Assembly (NCBI GenBank): GCA_963754925.1
Contig: CAVWHX010000003.1
Coordinates: forward strand, 96,001 to 160,000
Origin: an uncultured delta proteobacterium
GTDB lineage: Bacteria; Myxococcota; B64-G9
Reading direction: 5' to 3'
DNA length: 64,000 nucleotides
The position numbers and the translations under genes were made by a program. Below the pieces are notes generated by a model. The model was not told where the DNA came from. It searched no databases and worked only from the letters and a program-made list of their open reading frames with translations. Below are positions 19,079 through 30,528 of this stretch, piece by piece. Each line of letters opens with the position of its first letter. Within the stretch, counting starts at the first letter, position 1.

Positions 19079-20165
19079 ATCGAAAGCGGATGACGTCTCC
19101 GTCCTGAACCACGTAGTCCCGTCCCTCGAGGCGGATGAGGCCTTTTTCGCGGAGGGTCTGCTCAGAACCAAATTTAATGAGATCTTCAGAACGGAACACC
19201 TCGGCCCGAATAAATCCACGTTCGAAATCCGTGTGTATTTTCGAAGCCGCCTTAATGGCCGTGGCGCCGCGCCGGACCGTCCAGGCGCGCACCTCAACGC
19301 CGACCGTCGTAAAAAACGTAATCAGCGATAACAGTTGGTAGCCGGCGCGAATGAAACTGTCCAACCCGCGTTCACATAAACCAATCTCGTTGAGATAGGC
19401 TTGCTGATCGGCCGGAGGAAGATCAAACAACTCGGCTTCGGTGCGGGCGCTGATCTCAACATATGGCGCGTTCCGCCGTGCCGCCAGGTCGCGCAGGCTG
19501 ACCAGGGCCGGGTCGTCGCGGCGGCCGATTTGGTTATCCGCTATATTGGCCACAAAGAGCGTCGGTTTAGCGGTTAAGAGTGGCGTGCTATCAAGGTGAG
19601 CACGCGCTTCGTCGTTCAAGTTCTGGCTCGACGCGAGCTTCCCGTTAGCCAAAGCCTTTTCTATCGGCTCGAGAATTTCGATTTCAGCTTGGGCGTGTTT
19701 GTCGCCTGCCATAGCCACCTTGCGTTGTTTGGCCAGCCGCCGACTGACCAGATCCAGGTCGCGGAGGATGAGTTCGGTCTCGACCACTTCGACGTCCCGA
19801 CGCGGATCCGTCTGGCCGTAAACATGGACAACCTTGTCATCGTCAAAGCAACGCACCACATGCGCTAGTGCATCGACTTCTTGAATATGAGCAAGAAATT
19901 GATTGCCTAACCCCTCGCCCTGGGACGCGCCTTTAACTAACCCGGCGATATCGACGAACTCAAGTATGGTCGGTGTTATCTTTTCGGGCTCAAACAACCG
20001 AGCGACGCGGTCGAGCCGGGGATCGGGAACCGCTACTGCGCCGCGATTTGGCTCAACGGTGCAAAACGGATAGTTCTCGGCGGGCACCGCTGCCTTGGTC
20101 AGGGCATTGAACAAGGTCGACTTGCCGACGTTGGGCAATCCCACAATACCGCAGCAAAAGCCCAT
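19068..20165 (-). CDS. ychF: Redox-regulated ATPase YchF
   Basis: GIVGLPNVGKST, NYPFCT, DIAGLVKGAS.GEGLGN, IHTDFERGFI. Confidence 0.96.
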   Translation of the reverse strand: MGFCCGIVGLPNVGKSTLFNALTKAAVPAENYPFCTVEPNRGAVAVPDPRLDRVARLFEPEKITPTILEFVDIAGLVKGASQGEGLGNQFLAHIQEVDALAHVVRCFDDDKVVHVYGQTDPRRDVEVVETELILRDLDLVSRRLAKQRKVAMAGDKHAQAEIEILEPIEKALANGKLASSQNLNDEARAHLDSTPLLTAKPTLFVANIADNQIGRRDDPALVSLRDLAARRNAPYVEISARTEAELFDLPPADQQAYLNEIGLCERGLDSFIRAGYQLLSLITFFTTVGVEVRAWTVRRGATAIKAASKIHTDFERGFIRAEVFRSEDLIKFGSEQTLREKGLIRLEGRDYVVQDGDVIRFRFNV

Positions 20166-20175
20166 GGGTGGCCCG

Positions 20176-20649
20176 CTACTTTTGGAAAAAAGCCAGCATT
20201 TTTTGATAGGTCGCTTCGAGATGCTCATTGATCACGCGCACCTCAGAAACCACCGGCATGAAGTTGTGATCCCCATTCCAGCGCGGAACAATATGGAAGT
20301 GCAGGTGATCCTCCACGCCGGCTCCAGCCACCTTTCCTATGTTCATCCCGACGTTTATCCCGTCGGGAGACAACGAATCTCTGATGGCGCGACAACTCTC
20401 TCGTAACAGCTCGCAGACGGCAGAGAAGTCTTGCGCTGAGATATCTTCCGGCCTGCCGACATGGACCGTGGGAACCACCATGGCATGCCCGCTGGTATAG
20501 GGATATTTGTTGAGTAACACAAAGGCGCGCTGCTCGCGGCGCAAGACCAAACGGTTTTGATCTTCTTTAGGATCAAAACAAAAAACGCAGCCAGTTTTCT
20601 GGGGTCCCTTGATGTAGCTCATACGCCAAGGCGCCCAGATCCGTTTCAT
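20176..20649 (-). CDS. HIT domain protein (Ap4A hydrolase-like)
   Basis: WAPWR, CVFC, LNKYPY, HLHFHIVPRW. Confidence 0.92.
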   Translation of the reverse strand: MKRIWAPWRMSYIKGPQKTGCVFCFDPKEDQNRLVLRREQRAFVLLNKYPYTSGHAMVVPTVHVGRPEDISAQDFSAVCELLRESCRAIRDSLSPDGINVGMNIGKVAGAGVEDHLHFHIVPRWNGDHNFMPVVSEVRVINEHLEATYQKMLAFFQK

Positions 20650-20676
20650 GAAGAAACCCCCACAGCCGGGGTTGTA

Positions 20677-20997
20677 CTACACAACAGCTGAAGGGGGCTG
20701 AGCAGAAAAAGCCGGTTTCTTGTCGTTGACGCGCTCCTTCAACTCCTTGCCGACGGTGAAAAAAGGAGTACGTTTTTTAGGGACAGATACCTTTTCACCA
20801 GTCTTGGGGTTGCGGCCTTCGCGCGATTCCCGGGATTTGGATACAAAGCTGCCAAACCCGCGGATCTCAATTCGCTCGTCCCGCGTCAGCGCCTCGGTCA
20901 TACACCCGAAAATGGTTTCAACGACTGATTCTACATCCTTTTTCGAAAGACTCTCCATTCTGGCTGCTACCACTTCGATAAGTTGGCTCTTGGTCAC
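20677..20997 (-). CDS. ihfB: Integration host factor subunit beta
   Basis: MTKSQLI..RIEIRGFGSF..GRNPKTG..GKELKERV; downstream of rpsA. Confidence 0.9.
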   Translation of the reverse strand: MTKSQLIEVVAARMESLSKKDVESVVETIFGCMTEALTRDERIEIRGFGSFVSKSRESREGRNPKTGEKVSVPKKRTPFFTVGKELKERVNDKKPAFSAQPPSAVV

Positions 20998-21027
20998 GGC
21001 AAAAGCTCCTTTCGTCCCGAGAAAACC

Positions 21028-22827
21028 TTAGTCATCAGTGGATTCTTCTTTATCAGCAACAGCCGTATCGGCAGATTCTTCATCACCCTCGTTGCCAAGC
21101 TTTTCCGATTCCGGAAGGCCGGACACCACAATTCCTTTGGATTTCAGGGCGTCGCCCAGAGAAACCCGACCATCGCCCTGCTTGCGCAAATAGGCCTGAT
21201 AATCTTCCTCTCCCTTTGAAAGCTGCAAACTCTTAACGCTGAGCGCTATTCTACGCTCCTCGGGATCAACGTCAAGCACCATAACTTCGAGTTCATCGTT
21301 TTCTTTAACCACCGAATGGGGATCTTCGACATGATCCTGACTCAGCTCGGAAACATGAATGAGTCCCTCGACACCCTCGTCGATCTCAACAAAGGCGCCG
21401 AATTCGGTAACCTTGATAACTTTTCCTCGAACACGGGTCCCCGGCGGATAGCGCTCGGGAATCCGGGTCCAAGGATCTTCCACGAGTTGTTTAATTCCCA
21501 ACGAAAACCGCTCATTTTCGGGATCGATGTGTAAAACCATCGCCTCGACCTCATCGCCCTTCTTATACAACTGACTCGGGTGCTTAATGCGCTGGGTCCA
21601 AGAAATGTCGGAGACATGCACCAGTCCGTCAATACCCTCTTCGATGCCGATAAAAATACCAAAGTCGGTGATATTGCGAATTCGACCGCGGAGAACCGAG
21701 CCAATCGGATACTTTTCCTCGAGCAGCATCCAGGGGTTCGGTTCAATTTGCTTCATGCCCAACGAGATGCGTTTGTTGGCTGAGTCGATGTCCAGGACAA
21801 TCGCCTCGACTTCATCACCCACCGCCACCATCTTCGAGGGGTGCTTGACGCGCTTGGTCCATGACATCTCAGAAATATGAATCAAGCCCTCGATCCCCTC
21901 TTCGAGTTCGACAAATGCGCCGTAATCGGTAAGCGAAACCACTTTGCCTTTGACCTTGGTGCCGACCGGATAGTGTTCCTCGGCGTGTGTCCACGGGTCT
22001 TCGCTTATTTGTTTGAGGCCCAGCGAGACCCGTTCGGTATCCGGGTCGAACTTGAGCACCATGGCATTGATCTCATCACCAACCGAAAAAACTTGGCTAG
22101 GATGGTTGACCCGACCCCATGACATATCGGTTATGTGCAGGAGGCCATCTATGCCTCCGAGGTCAATGAACGCACCATAGTCGGTGATGTTTTTTACGAT
22201 TCCTTGCAACACCGAACCCGGCTTGAGCTTCTTGAGAGTTTCAGATTTAAGCGCCTCGCGTTCCTTTTCGAGAAGGACTCTGCGACTCAAAACGATATTA
22301 CCACGACGTTTGTTTAACTTGATGACTTTGAACTTAAACTTCTGCCCAATTAATTTATCAAGGTTGCGTACGGGTCGCAGATCCACCTGAGAGCCCGGTA
22401 GAAACGCCTTCACCCCAATGTCAACGCTCAGTCCACCTTTAACTCTGGCTACCACCGTACCCTCAATAAGCTCGTCTTTTTCGCAGGCCGCGCTAATTTC
22501 GTCCCAAACCTTCAACTTATCGGCTTTTTCTTTGGATAGGACGATGACGCCTTCTTCATCCTCGCAACTTTCCAGGAGCACATCGATCTTATCGCCGACC
22601 CGCACATTGGGCTTGCCTTCCTTCAAACCAAATTCTTCAATCTGGATCTGACCTTCGGACTTGTACCCAATATCAACGACAACGTGATCGGGAAGTATCT
22701 GAATAACTTCACCCTTAACAATTTCACCTTCTTTAAGTTCTTGATTGAGAAGGCTGGCTTCATACAAAGCCTCAAAGCTTTCCTCGTCTTTCACTCTATC
22801 GTCGTTCTTCACAAGCTCCTTATCCAT
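21028..22827 (-). CDS. rpsA: 30S ribosomal protein S1
   Basis: Six S1 repeats (YGAFIDLGGIDGLLHI etc.). Confidence 0.97.
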   Translation of the reverse strand: MDKELVKNDDRVKDEESFEALYEASLLNQELKEGEIVKGEVIQILPDHVVVDIGYKSEGQIQIEEFGLKEGKPNVRVGDKIDVLLESCEDEEGVIVLSKEKADKLKVWDEISAACEKDELIEGTVVARVKGGLSVDIGVKAFLPGSQVDLRPVRNLDKLIGQKFKFKVIKLNKRRGNIVLSRRVLLEKEREALKSETLKKLKPGSVLQGIVKNITDYGAFIDLGGIDGLLHITDMSWGRVNHPSQVFSVGDEINAMVLKFDPDTERVSLGLKQISEDPWTHAEEHYPVGTKVKGKVVSLTDYGAFVELEEGIEGLIHISEMSWTKRVKHPSKMVAVGDEVEAIVLDIDSANKRISLGMKQIEPNPWMLLEEKYPIGSVLRGRIRNITDFGIFIGIEEGIDGLVHVSDISWTQRIKHPSQLYKKGDEVEAMVLHIDPENERFSLGIKQLVEDPWTRIPERYPPGTRVRGKVIKVTEFGAFVEIDEGVEGLIHVSELSQDHVEDPHSVVKENDELEVMVLDVDPEERRIALSVKSLQLSKGEEDYQAYLRKQGDGRVSLGDALKSKGIVVSGLPESEKLGNEGDEESADTAVADKEESTDD

Positions 22828-23078
22828 CGGTATTCCTTACTCTCTCGTTCGCATTGAAAAAAAACCTGTCCGTGCTCCCTTCACGACTACCTTCTGTCTA
22901 CGTTCAAACAGATAGAAACTATTCAAGAAAGGAAGGTAAGAACAAGCTCTCCTCCACTATCTTTGTTTTCTCGTGCCGTCGGCACTGGAGGAACTGCCGG
23001 GCGGTCGAGCGCCTTGCCTTATTACAAAGCGGAGGCAACATATCGATTTTTATTTCTGTTGTCAAAGTAATTTTTCTA

Positions 23079-23921
23079 CTAACTCCTGGATTTCGTTCGC
23101 AGCCAACCTTCCACCTCGGCAATGAGCCATTCCGGAGTCGATGCTCCGGACGTTAGTCCGACGCTGTCAAAGGTTAAAAACTGTTTTTCATCAAGTTCTT
23201 CAGCTACTTCTACCCCAAAAGTACGAGGCTGAATGGTCCGGCATAAGTCCACCAATCGTCGGGTATTAGCGCTATTTTTTCCGCCAACGACCACCATCGC
23301 GTCCACCGTGGCGGCAAGCAATCGGCTTTCGGCCCGCCGCTGTTCGGTATCTTCGCAGATAGTGTTGACAATCGTAATATTAGGATGTCGGTGTTTAATA
23401 ACCTCAACTATTTCTTCAAATGCATCAGACGACGAGGTCGTTTGAGCGACAATGCCAATCGGCGTATGCGGGGGAAGCTCGACGAGATCCGAGAGTGCTC
23501 GCACAACATGGATCGGCCCTTGCGCATAACTGAGTAATGCTTTGATTTCTGGATGACCTTCGTCTCCAAAAAGTAAAACGGTCCGCCCTGCTCGTCCAAA
23601 CTCATCTATGTACTGCCGGGAAGCCTTGACATGAGGGCACGTGGCATCGATCAACTCAACGCCGATCTCGGCGGCCCGCCGTACTTCCCCGACGCTGATC
23701 CCATGCGTACGAATCAGGGTTGGGGCGCCAACGCAACTCTCGACCTGCGCGCGCGGGACAATTCCCAACGAGGCCAGGCGCGCAACTTCCTGAGGATTAT
23801 GGATCAACGGTCCGATGGTGAAGATAGGTTTTCGGCCCGCGTGGAGCAGCTCGGACGCAATCCGTGTTGCGCGCTGCACTCCGTAACAAAATCCAGCGTG
23901 CTTGGCGCGAATTACCTTCAC
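23079..23921 (-). CDS. ispH: 4-hydroxy-3-methylbut-2-enyl diphosphate reductase
   Basis: GFCYGV, IHN, DATCP, HPE, TIC, SANT, GASTP. Confidence 0.95.
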   Translation of the reverse strand: MKVIRAKHAGFCYGVQRATRIASELLHAGRKPIFTIGPLIHNPQEVARLASLGIVPRAQVESCVGAPTLIRTHGISVGEVRRAAEIGVELIDATCPHVKASRQYIDEFGRAGRTVLLFGDEGHPEIKALLSYAQGPIHVVRALSDLVELPPHTPIGIVAQTTSSSDAFEEIVEVIKHRHPNITIVNTICEDTEQRRAESRLLAATVDAMVVVGGKNSANTRRLVDLCRTIQPRTFGVEVAEELDEKQFLTFDSVGLTSGASTPEWLIAEVEGWLRTKSRS

Positions 23922-24640
23922 TGCTCGGTCTCATCCACGGCAGCGTCGGTGAAAGGGTCTTGGGTGGTTTGGTGCACTAAATTAACTATGCGTTCGACTA
24001 CCTGATCGATCGAAAGCGGTCCGGTATCAATGATTATCGAATCTGCGGCTGGCCGCAAAGGAGCGATCGGCCGCCCTTGATCGCGCTCGTCGCGTTGCCG
24101 TACCTCCTCGAGCGTCTTTTCAAAATTGACCATAAGCCCCTTCTCGCTGAGTTCTTTCGTCCGGCGCCGGGCGCGCACCTCGGGCGCTGCAACCAGAAAG
24201 ATCTTTACCTCGGCGTCGGGAAACACCACCGTCCCAACATCGCGACCTTCCACCACCGCGCCGCCCGGTCGCCCCAACTCGCGTTGCACGGAAAGCAAGG
24301 CCGCGCGCACCTCGGGCTTCGCCGATATCATCGAGGCCGCAGCGGATAATTCCGGCGTGCGAATATCCTCCGTACACTCTACGTCATTGAGCCATATGCG
24401 CCGACCGCGTCCCTGGTCCTCGAAACGCAGGCGCACCCGGGCCGCCAGAGCGCCGAGCGCCGGCCCATCATCGTCTGAAACGTTTTTTCGGATGGCCTCC
24501 AAGGCGACACAACGATATATCGATCCGGTATCAACGATGGCAAAGCCAAGCCGCTCGGCGACCAACCGAGCCACCGTGCTCTTGCCTGAACCGGCTGGGC
24601 CATCGATGGCCACGATTGGCCTTCTTCGCCGCGCGCTCAT
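23918..24640 (-). CDS. cmk: Cytidylate kinase
   Basis: AIDGPAGSGKST, DTGSIYR, EGRDVGTVVFP. Confidence 0.96.
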   Translation of the reverse strand: MSARRRRPIVAIDGPAGSGKSTVARLVAERLGFAIVDTGSIYRCVALEAIRKNVSDDDGPALGALAARVRLRFEDQGRGRRIWLNDVECTEDIRTPELSAAASMISAKPEVRAALLSVQRELGRPGGAVVEGRDVGTVVFPDAEVKIFLVAAPEVRARRRTKELSEKGLMVNFEKTLEEVRQRDERDQGRPIAPLRPAADSIIIDTGPLSIDQVVERIVNLVHQTTQDPFTDAAVDETEQ

Positions 24641-25398
24641 TATGCCTGACCCGTTATCCGCTGCCAGGTCGAACGCACGCTGATGGGAATGATGTCAGCC
24701 GCGGCGACTAAAAACTCGCGCGGCGTATATCGCTCGAGAGTTTCGAGGGCGGCTTGATGGACAACAAACAACACCACCACCGCGGTACTCCCCGAAACGA
24801 GCAGTGCCCATTCTCCGGCGGGAAAAAAAACAAAAGCCGCCACACAACCAACCAGCAGCCACGGGCCGGTGAGCAAAAACTCTCGATACGGCGAAGGCGC
24901 TTGCCTCCTGGTGACGGCGGCGTTCAGTAAACAGCCGAGCATGGCGGATCCAACCAGTATGGTCATATTCGCCAAGGCCGGTCGATCGTTTGGCCCGAAG
25001 GCGTACCCAACGCCGGCCCCCAATCCCACCCAACCCACGTAAAAGAACAACGTGTTGATAGTTCCAAAGGACCGACGGCGCACCATCACGGTCACAGAAA
25101 AGCATAGCACAGCCCCGCCGAATGCGACCCAGTGCGCAGGTGAAAAAGGATCCGAGAGAATATAGGGTATCCCCCACATCGATCCCAACCCAATCAGGAC
25201 CGCCACGGTAAAGAATAAACGCTGGAAAAATAGAAAACGCCTTTGTACCTCGACACCCGCTTGCGAGGCGGTAAAAACCGGCTCAGGCGTAAGCAGCAAT
25301 CGGCGTTTTTGTTCAGGAGTCACCTGCGTCAAGATCATCAAACTACTCCTCGTCGAATAATTCGCTGTTTCATCAACGAGACTGCTCATTCCTAGCAT
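24640..25398 (-). CDS. Multi-pass membrane protein, distant Bax inhibitor-1/YccA-like
   Basis: About 7 hydrophobic segments; C-terminal ERY..EFLVAA pattern resembles BI-1 family proteins; start uncertain. Confidence 0.55.
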   Translation of the reverse strand: MLGMSSLVDETANYSTRSSLMILTQVTPEQKRRLLLTPEPVFTASQAGVEVQRRFLFFQRLFFTVAVLIGLGSMWGIPYILSDPFSPAHWVAFGGAVLCFSVTVMVRRRSFGTINTLFFYVGWVGLGAGVGYAFGPNDRPALANMTILVGSAMLGCLLNAAVTRRQAPSPYREFLLTGPWLLVGCVAAFVFFPAGEWALLVSGSTAVVVLFVVHQAALETLERYTPREFLVAAADIIPISVRSTWQRITGQA

Positions 25399-25504
25399 TG
25401 CTGGCCAAAACGATCAAACGGTTTCCGACAGCGGGTCAATGAGAGGATTACCGGTAGTCTGTTTTGAAGATCAAAGGACAGCCAATAATCATCGACTCAG
25501 CGTA

Positions 25505-26647
25505 TCAGTCTGACAAGCTTGTTAGTAAATGAACAGCTCTGTCTTTATCAAACTTGCTGCTCATTTCCAAATAGAGTTTGGCAAGATTAAAACGACCAAC
25601 AACCAGGCTACGAACATCATCCAACTGTTTACAATACGTTAAAATTTCTTCTTCGTATAAACGTATAGCCTCGACAACGTCACCGAGCAAAAACTGCAAA
25701 TGAGCGACCTTAAACAGTATTTTGGTTATGAAGTCATAATCACATAATACCTCCATTACGGGAAAAACCTTCTCTTTGATTATTTTTAGAGATCCTTCAA
25801 CGTCTCCTTTTTTTTCAAGAATATCCGAAATGGTAACCGTATTTGAAGCCAATAAACGGAAATCGCCGAGTCGCTCAAACATAGGCAATACGTCTTGACT
25901 GAGCAACTGATAGGCATCATCTATCTTTCCCTGAAGATTCAGAAGGTCGGCAATCTTGCTCTTCGTTTCGGCGAGTGAATGAACGTCACCGAGTTTTTCA
26001 AAGAGCGGAGCCGATTCGGACATGAGTACTCGAATGGCTTCATCAAAATTTCCACGAGCCTTGAGAATGTCGGCGATATCGCTTTTGATCGCGGCGCACG
26101 CACTCACATCTCCAAGACGCTCGTAAACCGGCAACACCTCCTCTTGGTTTATGCGAATCGCCTCGTCAAGGTCACCATGTTCCTTAAGCAGTAATGCTAA
26201 ATTACCTTGGATCATTGCATAAAAACGTTTTTCTCCGTTTTCTTTATAAACAGCAAGGTTTTCTTTGAGAAGTCTCATAGCCTCATCTAGTTCACCGCGA
26301 TGTTTATAGACTTTTGAAATATTGATAACAGCCATCGCACGGAGCTGCATATCACCGATCTCATCTATTATGGGGAGAGCTTCTTTTTCCAACATATTCA
26401 GTGAATCGTCAAACAATCCAAAATGCTGAAGTAACTCTGATAACGCTATGAGCGTCTTGGCACAAGAATATGAATCACCGATTTCTCGAAAAAGAGGTAA
26501 GGCGTCATCTCGTAGGATAAGCAATGCATCATCCATTTTGCCATTTATTGTTAATAGTTCTGACATTTTCACAAATTCTTCAGCTTGCTCTCTCTTGCTC
26601 ACGGTCTCCAAATTCTCCTCCCCTGGTGAAAAAGAAAAGCGGACCAT
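25505..26647 (-). CDS. Tetratricopeptide-like repeat protein (about 8 units of about 41 aa)
   Basis: Repeats LPLFREIGD, LPIIDEIGD, LPVYERLGD, APLFEKLGD, LPMFERLGD; more AT-rich than its neighbours. Confidence 0.85.
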   Translation of the reverse strand: MVRFSFSPGEENLETVSKREQAEEFVKMSELLTINGKMDDALLILRDDALPLFREIGDSYSCAKTLIALSELLQHFGLFDDSLNMLEKEALPIIDEIGDMQLRAMAVINISKVYKHRGELDEAMRLLKENLAVYKENGEKRFYAMIQGNLALLLKEHGDLDEAIRINQEEVLPVYERLGDVSACAAIKSDIADILKARGNFDEAIRVLMSESAPLFEKLGDVHSLAETKSKIADLLNLQGKIDDAYQLLSQDVLPMFERLGDFRLLASNTVTISDILEKKGDVEGSLKIIKEKVFPVMEVLCDYDFITKILFKVAHLQFLLGDVVEAIRLYEEEILTYCKQLDDVRSLVVGRFNLAKLYLEMSSKFDKDRAVHLLTSLSD

Positions 26648-26875
26648 AACTCAAATTTTAGTATAGAAATGACTTATGAATGACGCAGTCTAGCCGCGGA
26701 ATCCAACAATCTAAGTATATCCAACTTCACATAAAAAGTAAATGCACTGCGTTACGAGGTGATTGCGGTATCACCCACCATTGCGGTTACGCCGATACGC
26801 TGACAGCCCCGCCGTTCCTATCTGGCTTCGGGCGTATCAATCCTGAACGGCGGCCGTTAACCTCTTTGATATCAT

Positions 26876-27708
26876 TCACTTGAGCAAGGTATGCCAGACA
26901 GCTAGCGTATCGTTCGTCACCGCGATCAGTACGTGGAGCATCCAGCCGTACCAAAACGAGCGCGACCGCAAGGCCAGGTATCCTAACACAACACCTGCCA
27001 AAACCGCCGCCAACGTCTCTACCTCTGGTTTGCCAAAGTGCAGAATGGCGAAGGGAATGGTTTGAACAAAGACCGCGTAAAAACCGATTGCCGGTTTGAG
27101 CCCAAACAACAGGTACCCGCGAAAAATGAATTCCCAACCAATGAAGTAAATCGCGTAGGCAATCTCGTGAAGCGCAAAATGCACGCCGCTTTCCCTTGCC
27201 TCAAAAAATAGCGGGTACCTCGTCTGAAATTCTGTAGAGAGACTCGTCGGAATCAATATCGGTAAAAATGCCAGGTACAACACAAGCACCGCCTTAAGCC
27301 CAAAGCGCACATCACCGAGTCCAATCCAATTTTTGAATGGAACGTTGAGCACATACCGCCCGCACAGGAGCGGGATGACGCCAAGCATCAACAGACTCAT
27401 GCCGTACCAATAAAATGCCGGGTAGAGGCTATCGACGGCGCTTCTACCAAAAAAAGTTTTCAAATGAATGCGAAAAAAAGACGTGTTGCCGTTTTCGTGA
27501 AAAAGAATGAGCAGCAACGTCGCGCTCAGAATGACAAAGACCGGCCCTCCTGCCAGTCCCTCGGTCCATCGTCGCCACCACAACATGAGTTTTGACGGTG
27601 TGTGAGCCGGAGCTTCCGTAAGCGGCGATGCCGGTGTGGGCGTAAGGATCTCAGCCGCGGATCCTCCGGCTGGCACCGTGCGATTGGTATCGCGTGGGGT
27701 ATTCACGC

Positions 27709-27712
<4 letters not shown>
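26876..27712 (-). CDS. CPBP/Abi (CAAX protease-like) intramembrane metalloprotease
   Basis: WEFIFRG, FAILHFGKP, LH...ND. Confidence 0.88.
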
Positions 27713-29224
<1,512 letters not shown>

Positions 29225-29331
29225 TTAATGATAGGTTCCGTATGGCCGACGATGAGATATGGCGGGAGAAGACAGCTCCCGGGCTGGCTTTTCACTTGAC
29301 AGTAACGATGGTTCATACTATCCACACCTCG

Positions 29332-29817
29332 ATGAAAACTCGTTCCCTCACCACAACACTGGCCATTTTCGCCAGTTTATTCGGCCTGATTTTCATCGCG
29401 CCGGCGAATCAGGCGGCCGCCGAGGAACGAACGCCGGACCTGTACCGAAGCGCGCCCGTCGTTCCGGGATCAAAGAGCGTCGGTCCGCATCGCTTCCGTT
29501 CCGCTCGCAACTATGAAGACACCCTTGATTACTATAAGAAGCTTTTCAGGGACAGCAGCGTCTATAGAACCACGAGCGAAAAGATCGTTAACAATTCCGA
29601 GGTGCGTGGCATATTTTTCAAAAACCTGGCTCCAAAAGCACGTTGGGATGGATTGAATGTTTATGAGTACAAAGGCGCGGTCACTATCTTTGTGGTTCTC
29701 AGCGATGAGGAGCTAAAGAAGATAGCGGCCGACGCCGGACCAAAACCGATACCGTCAGGAAGCGGCATCACATCAAAAGGTTCCGCAAAAGATGGGGCGT
29801 CTCCTAAAAAGCAGTGA
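29332..29817 (+). CDS. Hypothetical secreted protein
   Basis: Signal peptide MKTRSL..AAA-E, 161 aa, ends 1 nt before tRNA-Gln. Confidence 0.75.
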   Translation: MKTRSLTTTLAIFASLFGLIFIAPANQAAAEERTPDLYRSAPVVPGSKSVGPHRFRSARNYEDTLDYYKKLFRDSSVYRTTSEKIVNNSEVRGIFFKNLAPKARWDGLNVYEYKGAVTIFVVLSDEELKKIAADAGPKPIPSGSGITSKGSAKDGASPKKQ

Positions 29818-29818
29818 T

Positions 29819-29889
29819 TGGGGGATCGTCTAACGGCAGGACGCCAGACTCTGGATCTGGCTATCAAGGTTCGAATCCTTGTCCCCCAG
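29819..29889 (+). tRNA. tRNA-Gln (anticodon CTG)
   Basis: TGGGGGA/TCCCCCA acceptor stem, CCAGA-CTCTGGA-TCTGG anticodon arm, GGTTCGAATCC T-arm; CCA not encoded. Confidence 0.95.
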
Positions 29890-29976
29890 TAGTTCTAGAA
29901 ACTAAGATGATTTTTTTCTTGCATTCAAAAATGGAAGGTGCTAACAGGTTGCCTTGCTTCTGCGGGTAGTTCATCT

Positions 29977-30006
29977 GAGTGGGCTGTTTGGCCCGCTCTT
30001 TTTTTT
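29977..30006 (+). promoter_or_regulatory. rimP leader hairpin (terminator/attenuator-like)
   Basis: GAGTGGGC-tgtttg-GCCCGCTC followed by T8, immediately before the rimP RBS. Confidence 0.75.
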
Positions 30007-30016
30007 GGAGTTTTCA

Positions 30017-30517
30017 GTGACCGGTACCTCAGACATCGCCAAAAAGCTTGAGGAGCTCTGCGAGCCGGCGACGTTCGCATTGGGCTTGGAGCTGGTGCAG
30101 CTCCAGTATCGACGCGAAACTGAGGGCTGGGTGGTGCGCTTGCTGGTCGATCGTCCGGGCGGCGTAACCGTCGAGGAGTGCGGGGAGCTTTCGCGCCAGG
30201 TATCCAGCGTGCTGGATGTCGAGGATCCCATCCCGCACGGATATCGGTTGGAAGTTTCCTCACCAGGGCTTGAACGCCCGCTCTGCAAGCGGGAGCATTT
30301 CGCGCGCTTCATCGGCACCGCCATCAATCTTCATACCCGCGAACCGGTTGGTGGCAGGAGAAATTTCCGGGGCATTTTGCGCGGGCTGCAAGACGATTGG
30401 GTGCTGATCGAGGTCGACAAAACAGTGTACGAGCTGCCCTTCGCGGCAGTTGATAAAGCCAACGTGGTACCTACTATTGAGGGCGTTCCGTCACACACGA
30501 ATTCAGAACCGTCTTAG
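30017..30517 (+). CDS. rimP: Ribosome maturation factor RimP
   Basis: GVTVEEC, LDVEDPI, YRLEVSSPGLERPL. Confidence 0.95.
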   Translation: MTGTSDIAKKLEELCEPATFALGLELVQLQYRRETEGWVVRLLVDRPGGVTVEECGELSRQVSSVLDVEDPIPHGYRLEVSSPGLERPLCKREHFARFIGTAINLHTREPVGGRRNFRGILRGLQDDWVLIEVDKTVYELPFAAVDKANVVPTIEGVPSHTNSEPS

Positions 30518-30528
30518 AGGAGAAGTCG

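Noticed and set aside
29819..29930. tRNA-Gln as an integration site for a genomic island
   Set aside because: I noticed no duplicated tRNA 3' end or integrase, and housekeeping genes follow immediately.
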